From Nitrosopumilus maritimus SCM1 (GTDB lineage: Archaea; Thermoproteota; Nitrososphaeria; Nitrososphaerales; Nitrosopumilaceae): a stretch of DNA of 32,000 bases. The DNA lies in NCBI RefSeq assembly GCF_000018465.1, contig NC_010085.1:750001-782000 (forward strand), written 5' to 3'. Position 1 is the stretch's first letter. Each line of letters starts with the position of its first letter. Made by a program: the position numbers and the translations under genes. The notes beneath the pieces were generated by a model that saw nothing but the letters and a program-made list of their open reading frames with translations, did no database searches and had not been told where the DNA came from. This document shows, piece by piece, positions 17,816-26,451 of the stretch.

Positions 17816-18613
17816 TCAATTACTTTTTGCAGTAACTTCCATTCCATGTTGAGATTTTATGATATACTTGTCTCTAATTTTGACACTAACCCAATCAATT
17901 ACTAATACTGCTGCCAAAACTACTAACATAAAGACAGCAGCTTTTCCGTATTCAAAGAACTTTATGTAATTGATAATGTAAAATCCGATTCCACCTGCAC
18001 CAACTAATCCAAGTATACTAGTTTGACGAACATTGTAATCAAACATGTAGAGCATCTGACTGAGCAAGTGAGAAGCAGATTCAGGAATTACAACATATCT
18101 AATCAATTGCCATTTTGAGACGCCAATAGAACTGACTGCATCCATAGGATCTGAATCAATTGTTTCAATTGCCTCATACTGTAACTTTGCAACAAATCCT
18201 ATTGTATACATGATAATTGCTAAAACTCCTGCAAATGGACCCAATCCAACCATAATTACAAACAAAATTGCCCAAAGAATTGATGGAAAGGTACGGATTG
18301 CTGCCAGCAATGCACGAATTGGGGCATAAACATACTTGCTGTTGAGATTTCTTGCAGCAAACATACTCAATGGTAATGCAATTGCAACCCCAACAATTGT
18401 TCCAATAAAGGCCATCTGAATGGTTTCAAACATTGCCCAAAGTGCAGTTGGAATGTACTTTGAGTCAACTTCAAGCATTTCTTCAGCTACAATTCCAAGA
18501 TTTGGTAATCCTTGAACAAAGTCAATAGGATTTGCATCTACATTGTAAGATGCTGCTACCAATAATGCAATGATAATTCCGATGATGATGTTATTTTTTG
18601 GCGTCATCAGCAT
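17816..18613 (-). CDS. phnE: phosphonate ABC transporter permease
   Basis: Polytopic membrane protein with the EAIETIDSDPMDAVSSIGVSKWQLIRYVVIPE (EAA-loop) motif typical of PhnE. Operon with phnC and phnD. Confidence 0.9.
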   Translation of the reverse strand: MLMTPKNNIIIGIIIALLVAASYNVDANPIDFVQGLPNLGIVAEEMLEVDSKYIPTALWAMFETIQMAFIGTIVGVAIALPLSMFAARNLNSKYVYAPIRALLAAIRTFPSILWAILFVIMVGLGPFAGVLAIIMYTIGFVAKLQYEAIETIDSDPMDAVSSIGVSKWQLIRYVVIPESASHLLSQMLYMFDYNVRQTSILGLVGAGGIGFYIINYIKFFEYGKAAVFMLVVLAAVLVIDWVSVKIRDKYIIKSQHGMEVTAKSN

Positions 18614-19421
18614 ACATCTCCATAATTTCTTCAGTGCTCATATCTCCAGTTTGGAAATCAACAATAGTATCGCCTTCAACACCAATCTCTAGAATCTTTT
18701 GACCTTCTTTGATTACTGCAACACGATTAGCATACTCTAAAGCAAGTTGCATGTCATGATGGACCATTATTGCAGTAAGGTTCATGTTCTTTTGAGCATC
18801 TGCAATCAAATCCATAATCTCACGAGCTGTTACATGATCTAACTCAGATACAATTTCATCAGCAAGAAGTATTGTTGGATGTTGCATTAATGCACGAGCA
18901 ATTGCAACTCTTCGTTTTTCACCACCACTTAACATGTAGGCTTTTCTTTCTTCTTTTCCAGAAAGACCAACTTGAGAAATAATTTTTTTGGCTTCATCAA
19001 TTTCATTTTCAGGAAACTTTTTGAGAAAAGATTGAATTTTACCTAATCTTGGTAGGGCACCTATGAGAATATTTTCAAGAACAGTGCTGTTTTTTACCAA
19101 TCCAAGATTTTGAGGAATGTAACCAATTGTATGCATCATTTTTTTAAATTTTTTATCATTCATGTTTGGAGTGATGTAATCAATTTTGATTGTACCTTTG
19201 CTTGGAATCATCATTCCATTCATCAATTTTAGTAAAGTAGATTTTCCAGAGCCAGATTGTCCAACTATGGCATAGTTAGTTCCCCTATCAATAGACAGAT
19301 TAATTCCATCTAGTGCAAAATTTTTCGAATCATATGATGTCCAAACATCATTCATTTGGATAATTTTCTTTGTTGCAATTGAAGAAAAAGAAGGGTTTGC
19401 GGTCATCTGAATTTGTTTCAT
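18591..19421 (-). CDS. phnC: phosphonate ABC transporter ATP-binding protein
   Basis: Walker A GQSGSGKST, signature LSGGEKRRVAIARAL, Walker B ILLADE. Confidence 0.9.
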   Translation of the reverse strand: MKQIQMTANPSFSSIATKKIIQMNDVWTSYDSKNFALDGINLSIDRGTNYAIVGQSGSGKSTLLKLMNGMMIPSKGTIKIDYITPNMNDKKFKKMMHTIGYIPQNLGLVKNSTVLENILIGALPRLGKIQSFLKKFPENEIDEAKKIISQVGLSGKEERKAYMLSGGEKRRVAIARALMQHPTILLADEIVSELDHVTAREIMDLIADAQKNMNLTAIMVHHDMQLALEYANRVAVIKEGQKILEIGVEGDTIVDFQTGDMSTEEIMEMYADDAKK

Positions 19422-19439
19422 TTTTCAGAATTCCTGTTT

Positions 19440-20528
19440 TTATTTGCTCTTGTCGTATTTGTCGAGTATCTTCTGATCAAGTCCTGTCAATGCATTGATG
19501 AATTCACCAAATTCACCTATGTGCATAGTAGTTGTTGTTGGAACTAGTGCTTCAGCACCATACAAGTCTGTCAAGATTGCATTATTCTCATCATAATTTA
19601 GTTTGATAAGACTATCAACTAGGGCATTTTTGGTAGAATCTGACATGTCAGCACTTACCATAAACACATGAGATGGTACTGGTCCAATTGTTGTAACTGG
19701 ACGTAATTTCTTTTGATCCTCTAATTCAAGATACTTTGCAGGTGCAATATCAGAACCAAATGCAACATCAACTTTTCCTTCTAGAAGTAAGGTTAATGCT
19801 GCTTTGTAACCTCCTGCAAAGGTGTAACTTTCAAAGTTATTTGCCAATGCAGATTCGAGGGCAACAATATCGTCACCTTCAATTGTTACATGTCCTTCAG
19901 TAACTAGGGTTCCCATTGGTCTAACAAAACCAGATGAACCAGTCATACTGGTAAATGCAACTTTCTTGCCAACAGTATCTTCAATTGATTGAAGAGAATC
20001 ATTTTCTGCTAGTGTCCAAACTGTTGCTTGGTAATTCACTTTACCTTTAACAAGTTCTGCCAATACAGCTTCTGCACCTGTTCTTTCATGGGTAATCCAT
20101 GCAGGTCCAGTATCCATAAAGGCACCATCAATGTGACCAAATCTCATTCCTTCAATAATGGCCTCATAGTTTGTTGGAATAACTAATTCAACATCAACAC
20201 CTAATTCGCTTTCAAGGAATTGTTCTAGTGCTTCGGCTTTTGGAGTTAACTCATCAGCCTTTTCAACTGGAATAAATCCGATAGTTAAGGTGTCAACATC
20301 AACAGATTTTGAATCAGATGAAACATTGATGATTCCATTTTCTATAAGGTATTCAATTCCGTTTAGAAAAGTTGCGTCATCTACGGCGCCTTCTGCCCAC
20401 CAACCAGCATTAGTCTTAATCCAATCAGGAAGAGAACTTTGTGCTTGTGCTGTTTGGCTCAAAGGAATTGTTGCTATGCCAATAGCTACAAATGCAACAA
20501 TTACCGCCATGGTTGTTCGTTGTTTCAT
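19440..20528 (-). CDS. phnD: phosphonate/phosphite ABC transporter substrate-binding protein with an extra N-terminal module
   Basis: PhnD-like core (TIGFIPVE ... GHIDGAFMDTGPAW ... FTSMTGSSGF). N-terminal signal/TM, then SLPDWIKTNAGWWAEGAVDDATFLNGIEYLIENGII. Confidence 0.85.
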   Translation of the reverse strand: MKQRTTMAVIVAFVAIGIATIPLSQTAQAQSSLPDWIKTNAGWWAEGAVDDATFLNGIEYLIENGIINVSSDSKSVDVDTLTIGFIPVEKADELTPKAEALEQFLESELGVDVELVIPTNYEAIIEGMRFGHIDGAFMDTGPAWITHERTGAEAVLAELVKGKVNYQATVWTLAENDSLQSIEDTVGKKVAFTSMTGSSGFVRPMGTLVTEGHVTIEGDDIVALESALANNFESYTFAGGYKAALTLLLEGKVDVAFGSDIAPAKYLELEDQKKLRPVTTIGPVPSHVFMVSADMSDSTKNALVDSLIKLNYDENNAILTDLYGAEALVPTTTTMHIGEFGEFINALTGLDQKILDKYDKSK

Positions 20529-20589
20529 GATTTCTAAGAAAATTAGGAAGAGCTAAATTATTTAAACTGAATATTCATTCCAAAGAAAC

Positions 20590-20612
20590 ATTCTAAATCT
20601 ATAGAACGAGAA
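20590..20612. promoter_or_regulatory. 23-nt motif copy A (candidate operator) upstream of the phnDCE TATA box
   Basis: attctaaatctatagaacgagaa is the reverse complement (22/23) of 21348..21370. Core dyad is TTCTA-N6-TAGAA. A TATA-like TATTTAAA lies at 20559-20566, between the motif and the phnD ATG (20528). Confidence 0.55.
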
Positions 20613-20615
20613 TAA

Positions 20616-20975
20616 CTATAGGCTCGATTTTGGATTATCTGTGTTAGGATACAGATTCAAACTAGGCTCAAGGTTGTCCACAGTAATCTCAACTTTTCCA
20701 ATTCTACTTCGGTATTGTTTGATTTTTTTTCCTTCTGGGGAAATGATGAATTTATCTACTTCAGCTAAAGCAAGATCTTCAAGATTTGATAATGTCTTGT
20801 AAACTGTGGAGAGTGAAATTTTTAGTTCTTCTGCAATCTGTGTTGCATCTTTTGATTCGTTTTTGACTGAAAACAATACAGCTCTTGTACATACATTGCT
20901 TAGAGATTCAATAATTTTTTGAGTTATATCAAATTCAGATAATTGAATGATGTTTGGTTTTGACATGAATATCAC
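20616..20975 (-). CDS. winged-helix (ArsR/TrmB-like) transcriptional regulator
   Basis: AVLFSVKNESKDATQIAEELKISLSTVYKTLSNLEDLALAEV is an HTH plus wing pattern. The GTG start overlaps the upstream paralog's stop (GTGA). Confidence 0.7.
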   Translation of the reverse strand: MIFMSKPNIIQLSEFDITQKIIESLSNVCTRAVLFSVKNESKDATQIAEELKISLSTVYKTLSNLEDLALAEVDKFIISPEGKKIKQYRSRIGKVEITVDNLEPSLNLYPNTDNPKSSL

Positions 20976-21304
20976 TTGTTTGGCAATAGTGTAAGTACAG
21001 GTTCAGGTTTTTTGATAGAGATATCTGCTTTACTGATTCTACTTCTATAGACCTTGTATTTTCTACCTTTGTCAGATAACATCCATTTTTCAACTTCAAT
21101 TAGTGTAAGTTCTTCAAGATCTGCCAGTTTTTTGTATACAGAACTAAGAGGAATCTTAAGTTTATCAGATAGTTCAGCAGCAGTATTTCCTTTTCGTATT
21201 ATGGAAAATAGAATTGCTCTAGATTCAGAATCAGCTAATGCTTCTATTACTTTTTGAGTAATATCATATTTTTTTAGTTGAGGTAATGTGAGTTTTCGTG
21301 ACAC
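20972..21304 (-). CDS. winged-helix (ArsR/TrmB-like) transcriptional regulator, paralog of 20616..20975
   Basis: AILFSIIRKGNTAAELSDKLKIPLSSVYKKLADLEELTLIEV. The two proteins align over their full length. GTG start 27 nt from the centre of the TATA box at 21327-21335. Confidence 0.7.
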   Translation of the reverse strand: MSRKLTLPQLKKYDITQKVIEALADSESRAILFSIIRKGNTAAELSDKLKIPLSSVYKKLADLEELTLIEVEKWMLSDKGRKYKVYRSRISKADISIKKPEPVLTLLPNK

Positions 21305-21347
21305 AAACTCTGAAAATTATTTGGTGTATTTAAAACTAGATAACTTG

Positions 21348-21370
21348 TTCTCATTCTATAGATTTAGAAT
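21348..21370. promoter_or_regulatory. 23-nt motif copy B (candidate operator) upstream of the regulator-pair TATA box
   Basis: ttctcattctatagatttagaat. Sits 13 nt upstream (in the minus direction) of the TATA-like TTTTAAATA, and abuts the cbtA stop codon. Confidence 0.55.
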
Positions 21371-22098
21371 TAGTTATAGCGAGTAGTTTCTTGCTCTGGA
21401 GAGAGTTTTCTCCAGAACAAACCAAGAATAATTCCTATTGATGCCCAAAATGATGTCACACCAAGAACAGACATGAATCTAAACTCGTTTACTAAATCCA
21501 TAGGGGCAGTTACTTCATCAGGATTTTCTGGCATTGCGAAAAATACAGTAGAAATGAAAATTCCATAGCCTATGAGCGCAACAAGTTTTTTGTTATTCTT
21601 GAACTTCTTTGATAATTGATAAAATCCAACTGCTCCAAATCCTGAAATTGCAATAAAGGACAGATACAAAATCGCTCTTAATACGACAGTTTCACCATCT
21701 CCAACGGTAGGAGGATTTGCAGGATATTTCAAAAATGGAATGATGTAAAGTGTAAGCCACATTATACCTGCTAGTATCAATGATTTTTTGACATCATTGT
21801 TTCCAGGTAAAGCATTTCTAGACAGTGCAAATACAATTCCAAACAATGCACCGACCGAAGTTCCCAATATCACCCCTGCAAGAATTTGTCCACCTTTCTG
21901 CCAAGTTCTGTATCCTTCATACTCTACCCAAAATTCAGGAGTGTCTTCTTCTTCACCAGATGCAAACAAGTTTTGATTTTCAATTCCTATTGCTTGATCA
22001 AGATAAGGTTCTACAATTGCAAAATTAACAGTACCGTGAATCAGTCCTGCAAACGCACCTGAAATTAATACAATTATGATAAAAAGAGACGTTTTCAT
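21370..22098 (-). CDS. cbtA: CbtA-like putative cobalt transporter subunit
   Basis: About 5 TM segments, 242 aa, directly downstream of a CbtB-like gene. The family assignment rests on this pairing plus overall topology. Confidence 0.75.
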   Translation of the reverse strand: MKTSLFIIIVLISGAFAGLIHGTVNFAIVEPYLDQAIGIENQNLFASGEEEDTPEFWVEYEGYRTWQKGGQILAGVILGTSVGALFGIVFALSRNALPGNNDVKKSLILAGIMWLTLYIIPFLKYPANPPTVGDGETVVLRAILYLSFIAISGFGAVGFYQLSKKFKNNKKLVALIGYGIFISTVFFAMPENPDEVTAPMDLVNEFRFMSVLGVTSFWASIGIILGLFWRKLSPEQETTRYN

Positions 22099-22110
22099 GA
22101 TAAGGTGCCT

Positions 22111-22326
22111 CTAATGGCATGGAAAGCCAGCTGCATGTCTCATATCATGAGTAAGCTCATGGATGTACAAATCAGTAAATGCTTGTTCACCATAAACTAG
22201 ACTGAAAATATGTCCTTGATCAAATCCTACAACAAACAATCCTGCTGCAAAGATGATACCTAATGCAATAATTGCTAATTTTGGTACTTGTGATTTAGAC
22301 ACATTCATTTGTCTTGTTTCAGACAT
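22111..22326 (-). CDS. cbtB: CbtB-like putative cobalt transporter subunit
   Basis: 71 aa with one TM, then a His-rich tail, HELTHDMRHAAGFPCH, characteristic of CbtB. Confidence 0.75.
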   Translation of the reverse strand: MSETRQMNVSKSQVPKLAIIALGIIFAAGLFVVGFDQGHIFSLVYGEQAFTDLYIHELTHDMRHAAGFPCH

Positions 22327-22406
22327 GACGTTAGCACCAGATGAGCGTATTTAACCTCTTGGATGATTTATCCAATTTATAAAGCCAGAAAAAGATCTAG
22401 AGTCTA

Positions 22407-23036
22407 TTGAAAAAGAACATCCAAACTTTGCAAAATATTGTTTCACGAAAAGGATCAAGTAAAGTTCTAACATTTAGTATTCCACATGTGTTCAAAGCTC
22501 TTCAATTGTTATCAAATGAAAAGTATGTGAGCAGATCAACATTAGGAAAAGAGGTTCATCTCGGAGAAGGGGCAGTAAAGACACTGATTTCACACCTAAA
22601 AGAAGTAAAAATGATAGAATCAACCAGATCAGGAAACTACTTGACAGAAAAAGGGAAAAAATTCACATCACAGTTACAGAAAATTATTCCAAAAGAATGC
22701 AAGATTGAAAAAAACAATCTGACTCCAAGTAAAAACAATCATGCAATAATTTTGAAAAAATATTCATCTGCAATAAAGACAGGAGTAGAGCAAAGAGATT
22801 ACGCAATAATGTATGGCTCATCAGGGTGCACTACGTTGACATTCAAAAACAACAAATTTGTTTTTCCAGGGGAAGACAAAGATTGTTTAAACAAAGACAA
22901 AAAAACAAGACAGATTCTTTTGGAAAAACTAGAACCTTCTGATGAAGACATTATCATTATTTCATCATCAAATGATTCTTTTGTAGCAGAAATTTCAGCA
23001 AAAAATTCAGCCCTTTGGACTATTGCTACAAATTAA
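22407..23036 (+). CDS. winged-helix domain protein with an uncharacterised C-terminal domain (DUF4443-like by recollection)
   Basis: TTG start. N-terminus ALQLLSNEKYVSRSTLGKEVHLGEGAVKTLISHLKEVKMIE is wHTH-like. About 120 further aa are unassigned. Confidence 0.55.
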   Translation: MKKNIQTLQNIVSRKGSSKVLTFSIPHVFKALQLLSNEKYVSRSTLGKEVHLGEGAVKTLISHLKEVKMIESTRSGNYLTEKGKKFTSQLQKIIPKECKIEKNNLTPSKNNHAIILKKYSSAIKTGVEQRDYAIMYGSSGCTTLTFKNNKFVFPGEDKDCLNKDKKTRQILLEKLEPSDEDIIIISSSNDSFVAEISAKNSALWTIATN

Positions 23037-23071
23037 AGAAGACTTTTACTGGCATTGAGTGAAAATTTAAC

Positions 23072-23716
23072 ATGACAAAATACTATCTTCTAGTAATTCC
23101 AATTGCAATAGGAATTATTGCTGGAGGATTTTTAGCATTTTACCCTGAACCTGAAAAAAATCCTACAAAATTGACGCCATCCACATTAATTGAAAATGGT
23201 TCCCCAATTCTAGGAAACAGTAATGCTCCAATTACAATTTTAGAATGGGGAGATTACCAATGTACATTTTGTTACAAATTTCACAAAGATACACTAAATG
23301 TAATCAACGAGGATTTCATTAAAACAGGTAAAGTAAAACTTGTCTTCAAGGATTTTCCGCTAAATGGTCCTGACTCGGTATTAGCAGGTGAAGCATCATT
23401 TTGTGCTAGAGATCAAGGAAAGTATTGGGAGTATCATGATGAACTTTACAAGAATTGGGGAGGAGAAAGAACAGGTTGGGTCACCAGAGAATCATTAGAC
23501 ATATTTGCATCAACTGTTGGGTTGGATTTACAGACATTCAACGAATGCCTTGATGAGCACAAGTACCAAAACAAGGTAAATGCATTGTATGAATTTGGAA
23601 GAGAAATTGGAATTGATGCCACTCCATCATTTCTTGTATTCAATGATGAAAAAATTATCAAAATAAGAGGAAATCAACCATTAGAGGTATTTCTCAAAAC
23701 AATTGATGAATTGTGA
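23072..23716 (+). CDS. DsbA-family thiol:disulfide oxidoreductase, membrane-anchored
   Basis: N-terminal TM and thioredoxin-fold active site WGDYQCTFC. C-terminus GIDATPSFLV (cis-Pro loop). Confidence 0.85.
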   Translation: MTKYYLLVIPIAIGIIAGGFLAFYPEPEKNPTKLTPSTLIENGSPILGNSNAPITILEWGDYQCTFCYKFHKDTLNVINEDFIKTGKVKLVFKDFPLNGPDSVLAGEASFCARDQGKYWEYHDELYKNWGGERTGWVTRESLDIFASTVGLDLQTFNECLDEHKYQNKVNALYEFGREIGIDATPSFLVFNDEKIIKIRGNQPLEVFLKTIDEL

Positions 23717-23771
23717 TCATATGCAAACAATCAATCAAAATTAATATCTGCATAGTTTGGAGAAAGCACAA

Positions 23772-25052
23772 ATGGGCAAAATTGACATAGAAAAACAAGA
23801 TTCGGTTAAAGTCTATAAAATTAGAAAAACATTAGAAGAATTATCAAAAAAATCTGGTCGCGGTACAGAATTAATCACAGTATACATTCCAAAAGGAAAA
23901 CAACTTCACGAAATTATTGGTACACTTCAACAAGAACAAGGTACTGCCGATAACATCAAATCAGATCTAACTAGGTCCCATGTTGTAGATTCATTAGGAA
24001 AAGTTGTTCAAAGATTAAAGCTATACAAAAAAACTCCTGAAAGAGGATTGGTAATGTTTTGTGGAGCATTGCCTCCAGAAGAAGGGGGGCCTTTAGGAAG
24101 TGAAGTAGTAAAGGTTTGGGAGATAGATCCTCCTAAAGATTTGAATCAATATCTGTACAGATGTGATGATCATTTCCATGTAGACATTCTAAAAGATATG
24201 CTCAAAGATGACAACCTAATTGGATTCTTGGCAATTGACTCAAAGGATGCAGGATGGGGATTGTTACATGGAGACAAAATCGAAGTTCTAGCTCAAACTG
24301 GTTCAGGTGTTGCAGGAAAACACAGACAAGGAGGACAGTCTGCAAAAAGATTCCAAAAACTCAGAGAGATGGAGTTGACATATTACTTTAACAGAGTTGC
24401 TCAAACAACAAGAGAATACTTTATTGACATTTATCCAGTAAAGGGATTAGTTATTTCAGGTCCAGGACCAACAAAAGAAGATTTCATTAACGGAAATTAT
24501 CTAGAATACAGATTACAAAACAATATCATTGCAACAATTGACTCATCATATTCTGGCTCAGAAGGAATACGAGAAGCATTTGCAAAATCTTCAGACATTT
24601 TAGGCAACTTTAGACTTGTAGAAGAAAAGAAGCTTGTGGAAGCATTATTCAGAGAGATTAACGGAAACACTGGAAAAGGATCATATGGATTGCAAGAAGT
24701 AATAGATTTTCTAAAAAACAATGTAGTTGAAACGTTGATCATTACAGATAACACAAATTTGAACAGGGTTGAAGGTATATGTAAAAGATGTAAACATCTT
24801 CAAGAAGACATTGTTGAAAGACCAGACGTAATTCCAAAGAAAACAGAGTACAGCAGCAAGCCATGTCCAGGATGTAACGCTATGGAAGTTGAAGTAAATG
24901 AGCAAGACATTGTAGATTATTTAGAATTGATAGCATCAAAGACAGGTTCGCAGTTAGAGGTAGTATCAGGTAGTGCAGAACATGGAAACATGTTAGCAAG
25001 TCTTGGAAAGATTGGTGCGATTTTAAGATACAATCCAGGCCATTCTAAATAG
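23772..25052 (+). CDS. prf1: peptide chain release factor aRF1
   Basis: NIKS motif (TADNIKS), GGQ motif (HRQGGQSAKRF), YxCxxxF (YRCDDHF). The track ORF starts at TTG 23757; the ATG at 23772 is preferred. Confidence 0.95.
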   Translation: MGKIDIEKQDSVKVYKIRKTLEELSKKSGRGTELITVYIPKGKQLHEIIGTLQQEQGTADNIKSDLTRSHVVDSLGKVVQRLKLYKKTPERGLVMFCGALPPEEGGPLGSEVVKVWEIDPPKDLNQYLYRCDDHFHVDILKDMLKDDNLIGFLAIDSKDAGWGLLHGDKIEVLAQTGSGVAGKHRQGGQSAKRFQKLREMELTYYFNRVAQTTREYFIDIYPVKGLVISGPGPTKEDFINGNYLEYRLQNNIIATIDSSYSGSEGIREAFAKSSDILGNFRLVEEKKLVEALFREINGNTGKGSYGLQEVIDFLKNNVVETLIITDNTNLNRVEGICKRCKHLQEDIVERPDVIPKKTEYSSKPCPGCNAMEVEVNEQDIVDYLELIASKTGSQLEVVSGSAEHGNMLASLGKIGAILRYNPGHSK

Positions 25053-25449
25053 CACTACGAATCTTTTTTGCCAATTCTTCAAGTTCAGAATCAGTAGAGA
25101 TTTGTCGTTTTGTCCAAATAGTTCCTTTGCTGTTGTATCTAGGAATAATGTGAATGTGCACATGAGGGATTATCTGTTTTGCAGCACGACCATTATTTTG
25201 GGCAATACTAAATGCATCAGCTTTTGCACCAACTAAGATGGCATTGGCTATTTTTGGAACAAGTGAGAACAATTTTCCAACATTTTCAGGAGTCATCTCA
25301 GTAATTCGTTCATGATGCTCACGCGGGATCAGTAAACTATGACCAACATCAATCGGATATCTATCTAAAAATGCAACATGAGAATCATCTTCATACAAGA
25401 TATGAGCATCTCTTTTTCCATCCAAAATATCACAAAAGATACAAGTCAT
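25045..25449 (-). CDS. HIT-family nucleotide hydrolase/transferase
   Basis: CIFCDI N-terminus and the histidine triad HVHIHIIP. Confidence 0.9.
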   Translation of the reverse strand: MTCIFCDILDGKRDAHILYEDDSHVAFLDRYPIDVGHSLLIPREHHERITEMTPENVGKLFSLVPKIANAILVGAKADAFSIAQNNGRAAKQIIPHVHIHIIPRYNSKGTIWTKRQISTDSELEELAKKIRSAI

Positions 25450-25556
25450 AAATTCAGCAATTTGTAATTTTATTTATTATTTGTTAGAAAATTACTTGGA
25501 AAGATACGAGTTTATCGAATGGTTAATTAGGGCAAATTTCAAAGTTTGAGCATCCT

Positions 25557-26156
25557 ATGGGCCGAAAAGAGAGAAGAGCACGTGAACAAAAACGTGAAAA
25601 CTATGCTACAAAACATTCAGCACAGCAAAGAAAACAGACACTAATTGCTGTTGGAGTTTTGGCAGTAATTGCAGTCATTGTAGGATATGCAGGATGGATG
25701 TTTGTTAACATGGATCAAAGTACTGCTCCAGGAGGCCCTGAAAATGCAGGAGCATTAGGTAGTGATCACACACACGCTGCACTTGCAGTAAGAGTATTTG
25801 GTGACTATTTTGACTTTTCAGCCCCAGCATACCAAATCAAATCACCTTGGATTCACTTTGAAGGAAGAGATGGTTCTACAATACACAAACATGCAACAGG
25901 TGTAACTCTGGACTATCTGTTTGAGTCATTATCATTAGGTCTTGATGACAAATGTTTCGTATTCCAAGATGGTAGAGAGTTTTGTACTAATGAAGACTAT
26001 TCTCTAAAGTTCTTCTACAATGGAAAACAGGTACAAGATATCAGAGATATTGAAATCATGGAAGATGACAGAATTTTGATATCGTATGGTGGAGAAACAC
26101 CTGAAGAGCTTGAAAGTCAACTAATAGAGCTAGAGAATCAAATCATAGTCAAATAG
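25557..26156 (+). CDS. membrane-anchored extracytoplasmic protein, unknown function
   Basis: Basic N-terminus, one TM (LIAVGVLAVIAVIVGYAGWMF), then a His-containing domain (DHTHAALAVRVFG ... IHFEGRDGSTIHKH). Confidence 0.55.
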   Translation: MGRKERRAREQKRENYATKHSAQQRKQTLIAVGVLAVIAVIVGYAGWMFVNMDQSTAPGGPENAGALGSDHTHAALAVRVFGDYFDFSAPAYQIKSPWIHFEGRDGSTIHKHATGVTLDYLFESLSLGLDDKCFVFQDGREFCTNEDYSLKFFYNGKQVQDIRDIEIMEDDRILISYGGETPEELESQLIELENQIIVK

Positions 26157-26160
26157 AATC

Positions 26161-26355
26161 TCAAGATTCTTTTGTTGTGAATTGTGCCATTTTATCAAAG
26201 AACATGTAATATCCACAACGAACACATCTTAGAACAGTCAAATCTGTTGTAAGAAATTCTTTATCTTCAAACCTACCACTTAGTTTGACGTTTTCACCTG
26301 CAATTTCGGCTTTGTTGCTTTTACAAACAGGACATTCTAGTGCTTTTTGTTCCAT
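26161..26355 (-). CDS. small zinc-ribbon protein
   Basis: CPVCKS ... CVRCGY, two CxxC pairs. The track ORF starts at TTG 26364; the ATG at 26355 is preferred. Confidence 0.5.
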   Translation of the reverse strand: MEQKALECPVCKSNKAEIAGENVKLSGRFEDKEFLTTDLTVLRCVRCGYYMFFDKMAQFTTKES

Positions 26356-26451
26356 GAATTTCAAACATGCAGTTAGAATTTAAACTCAATGAAAGTTTTT
26401 GAATTGAATTTTCAACAAAAGTCTAAATTATAGCAATCAAGAATTCTCTTC

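Noticed and set aside
20590-21370. Interpreting the 23-nt inverted repeats as the ends of a mobile element carrying the two regulator genes
   Set aside because: No transposase or integrase, no visible target-site duplication, and only two copies in the window. Their placement next to two TATA boxes fits an operator better. This is not fully excluded and is noted as an alternative in the finding.
22327-22406. Possible cobalamin riboswitch upstream of cbtB (as is common in bacteria)
   Set aside because: The 80-bp region is too short and lacks a recognisable B12-box or conserved stems. Riboswitches of this class are not expected in archaea.
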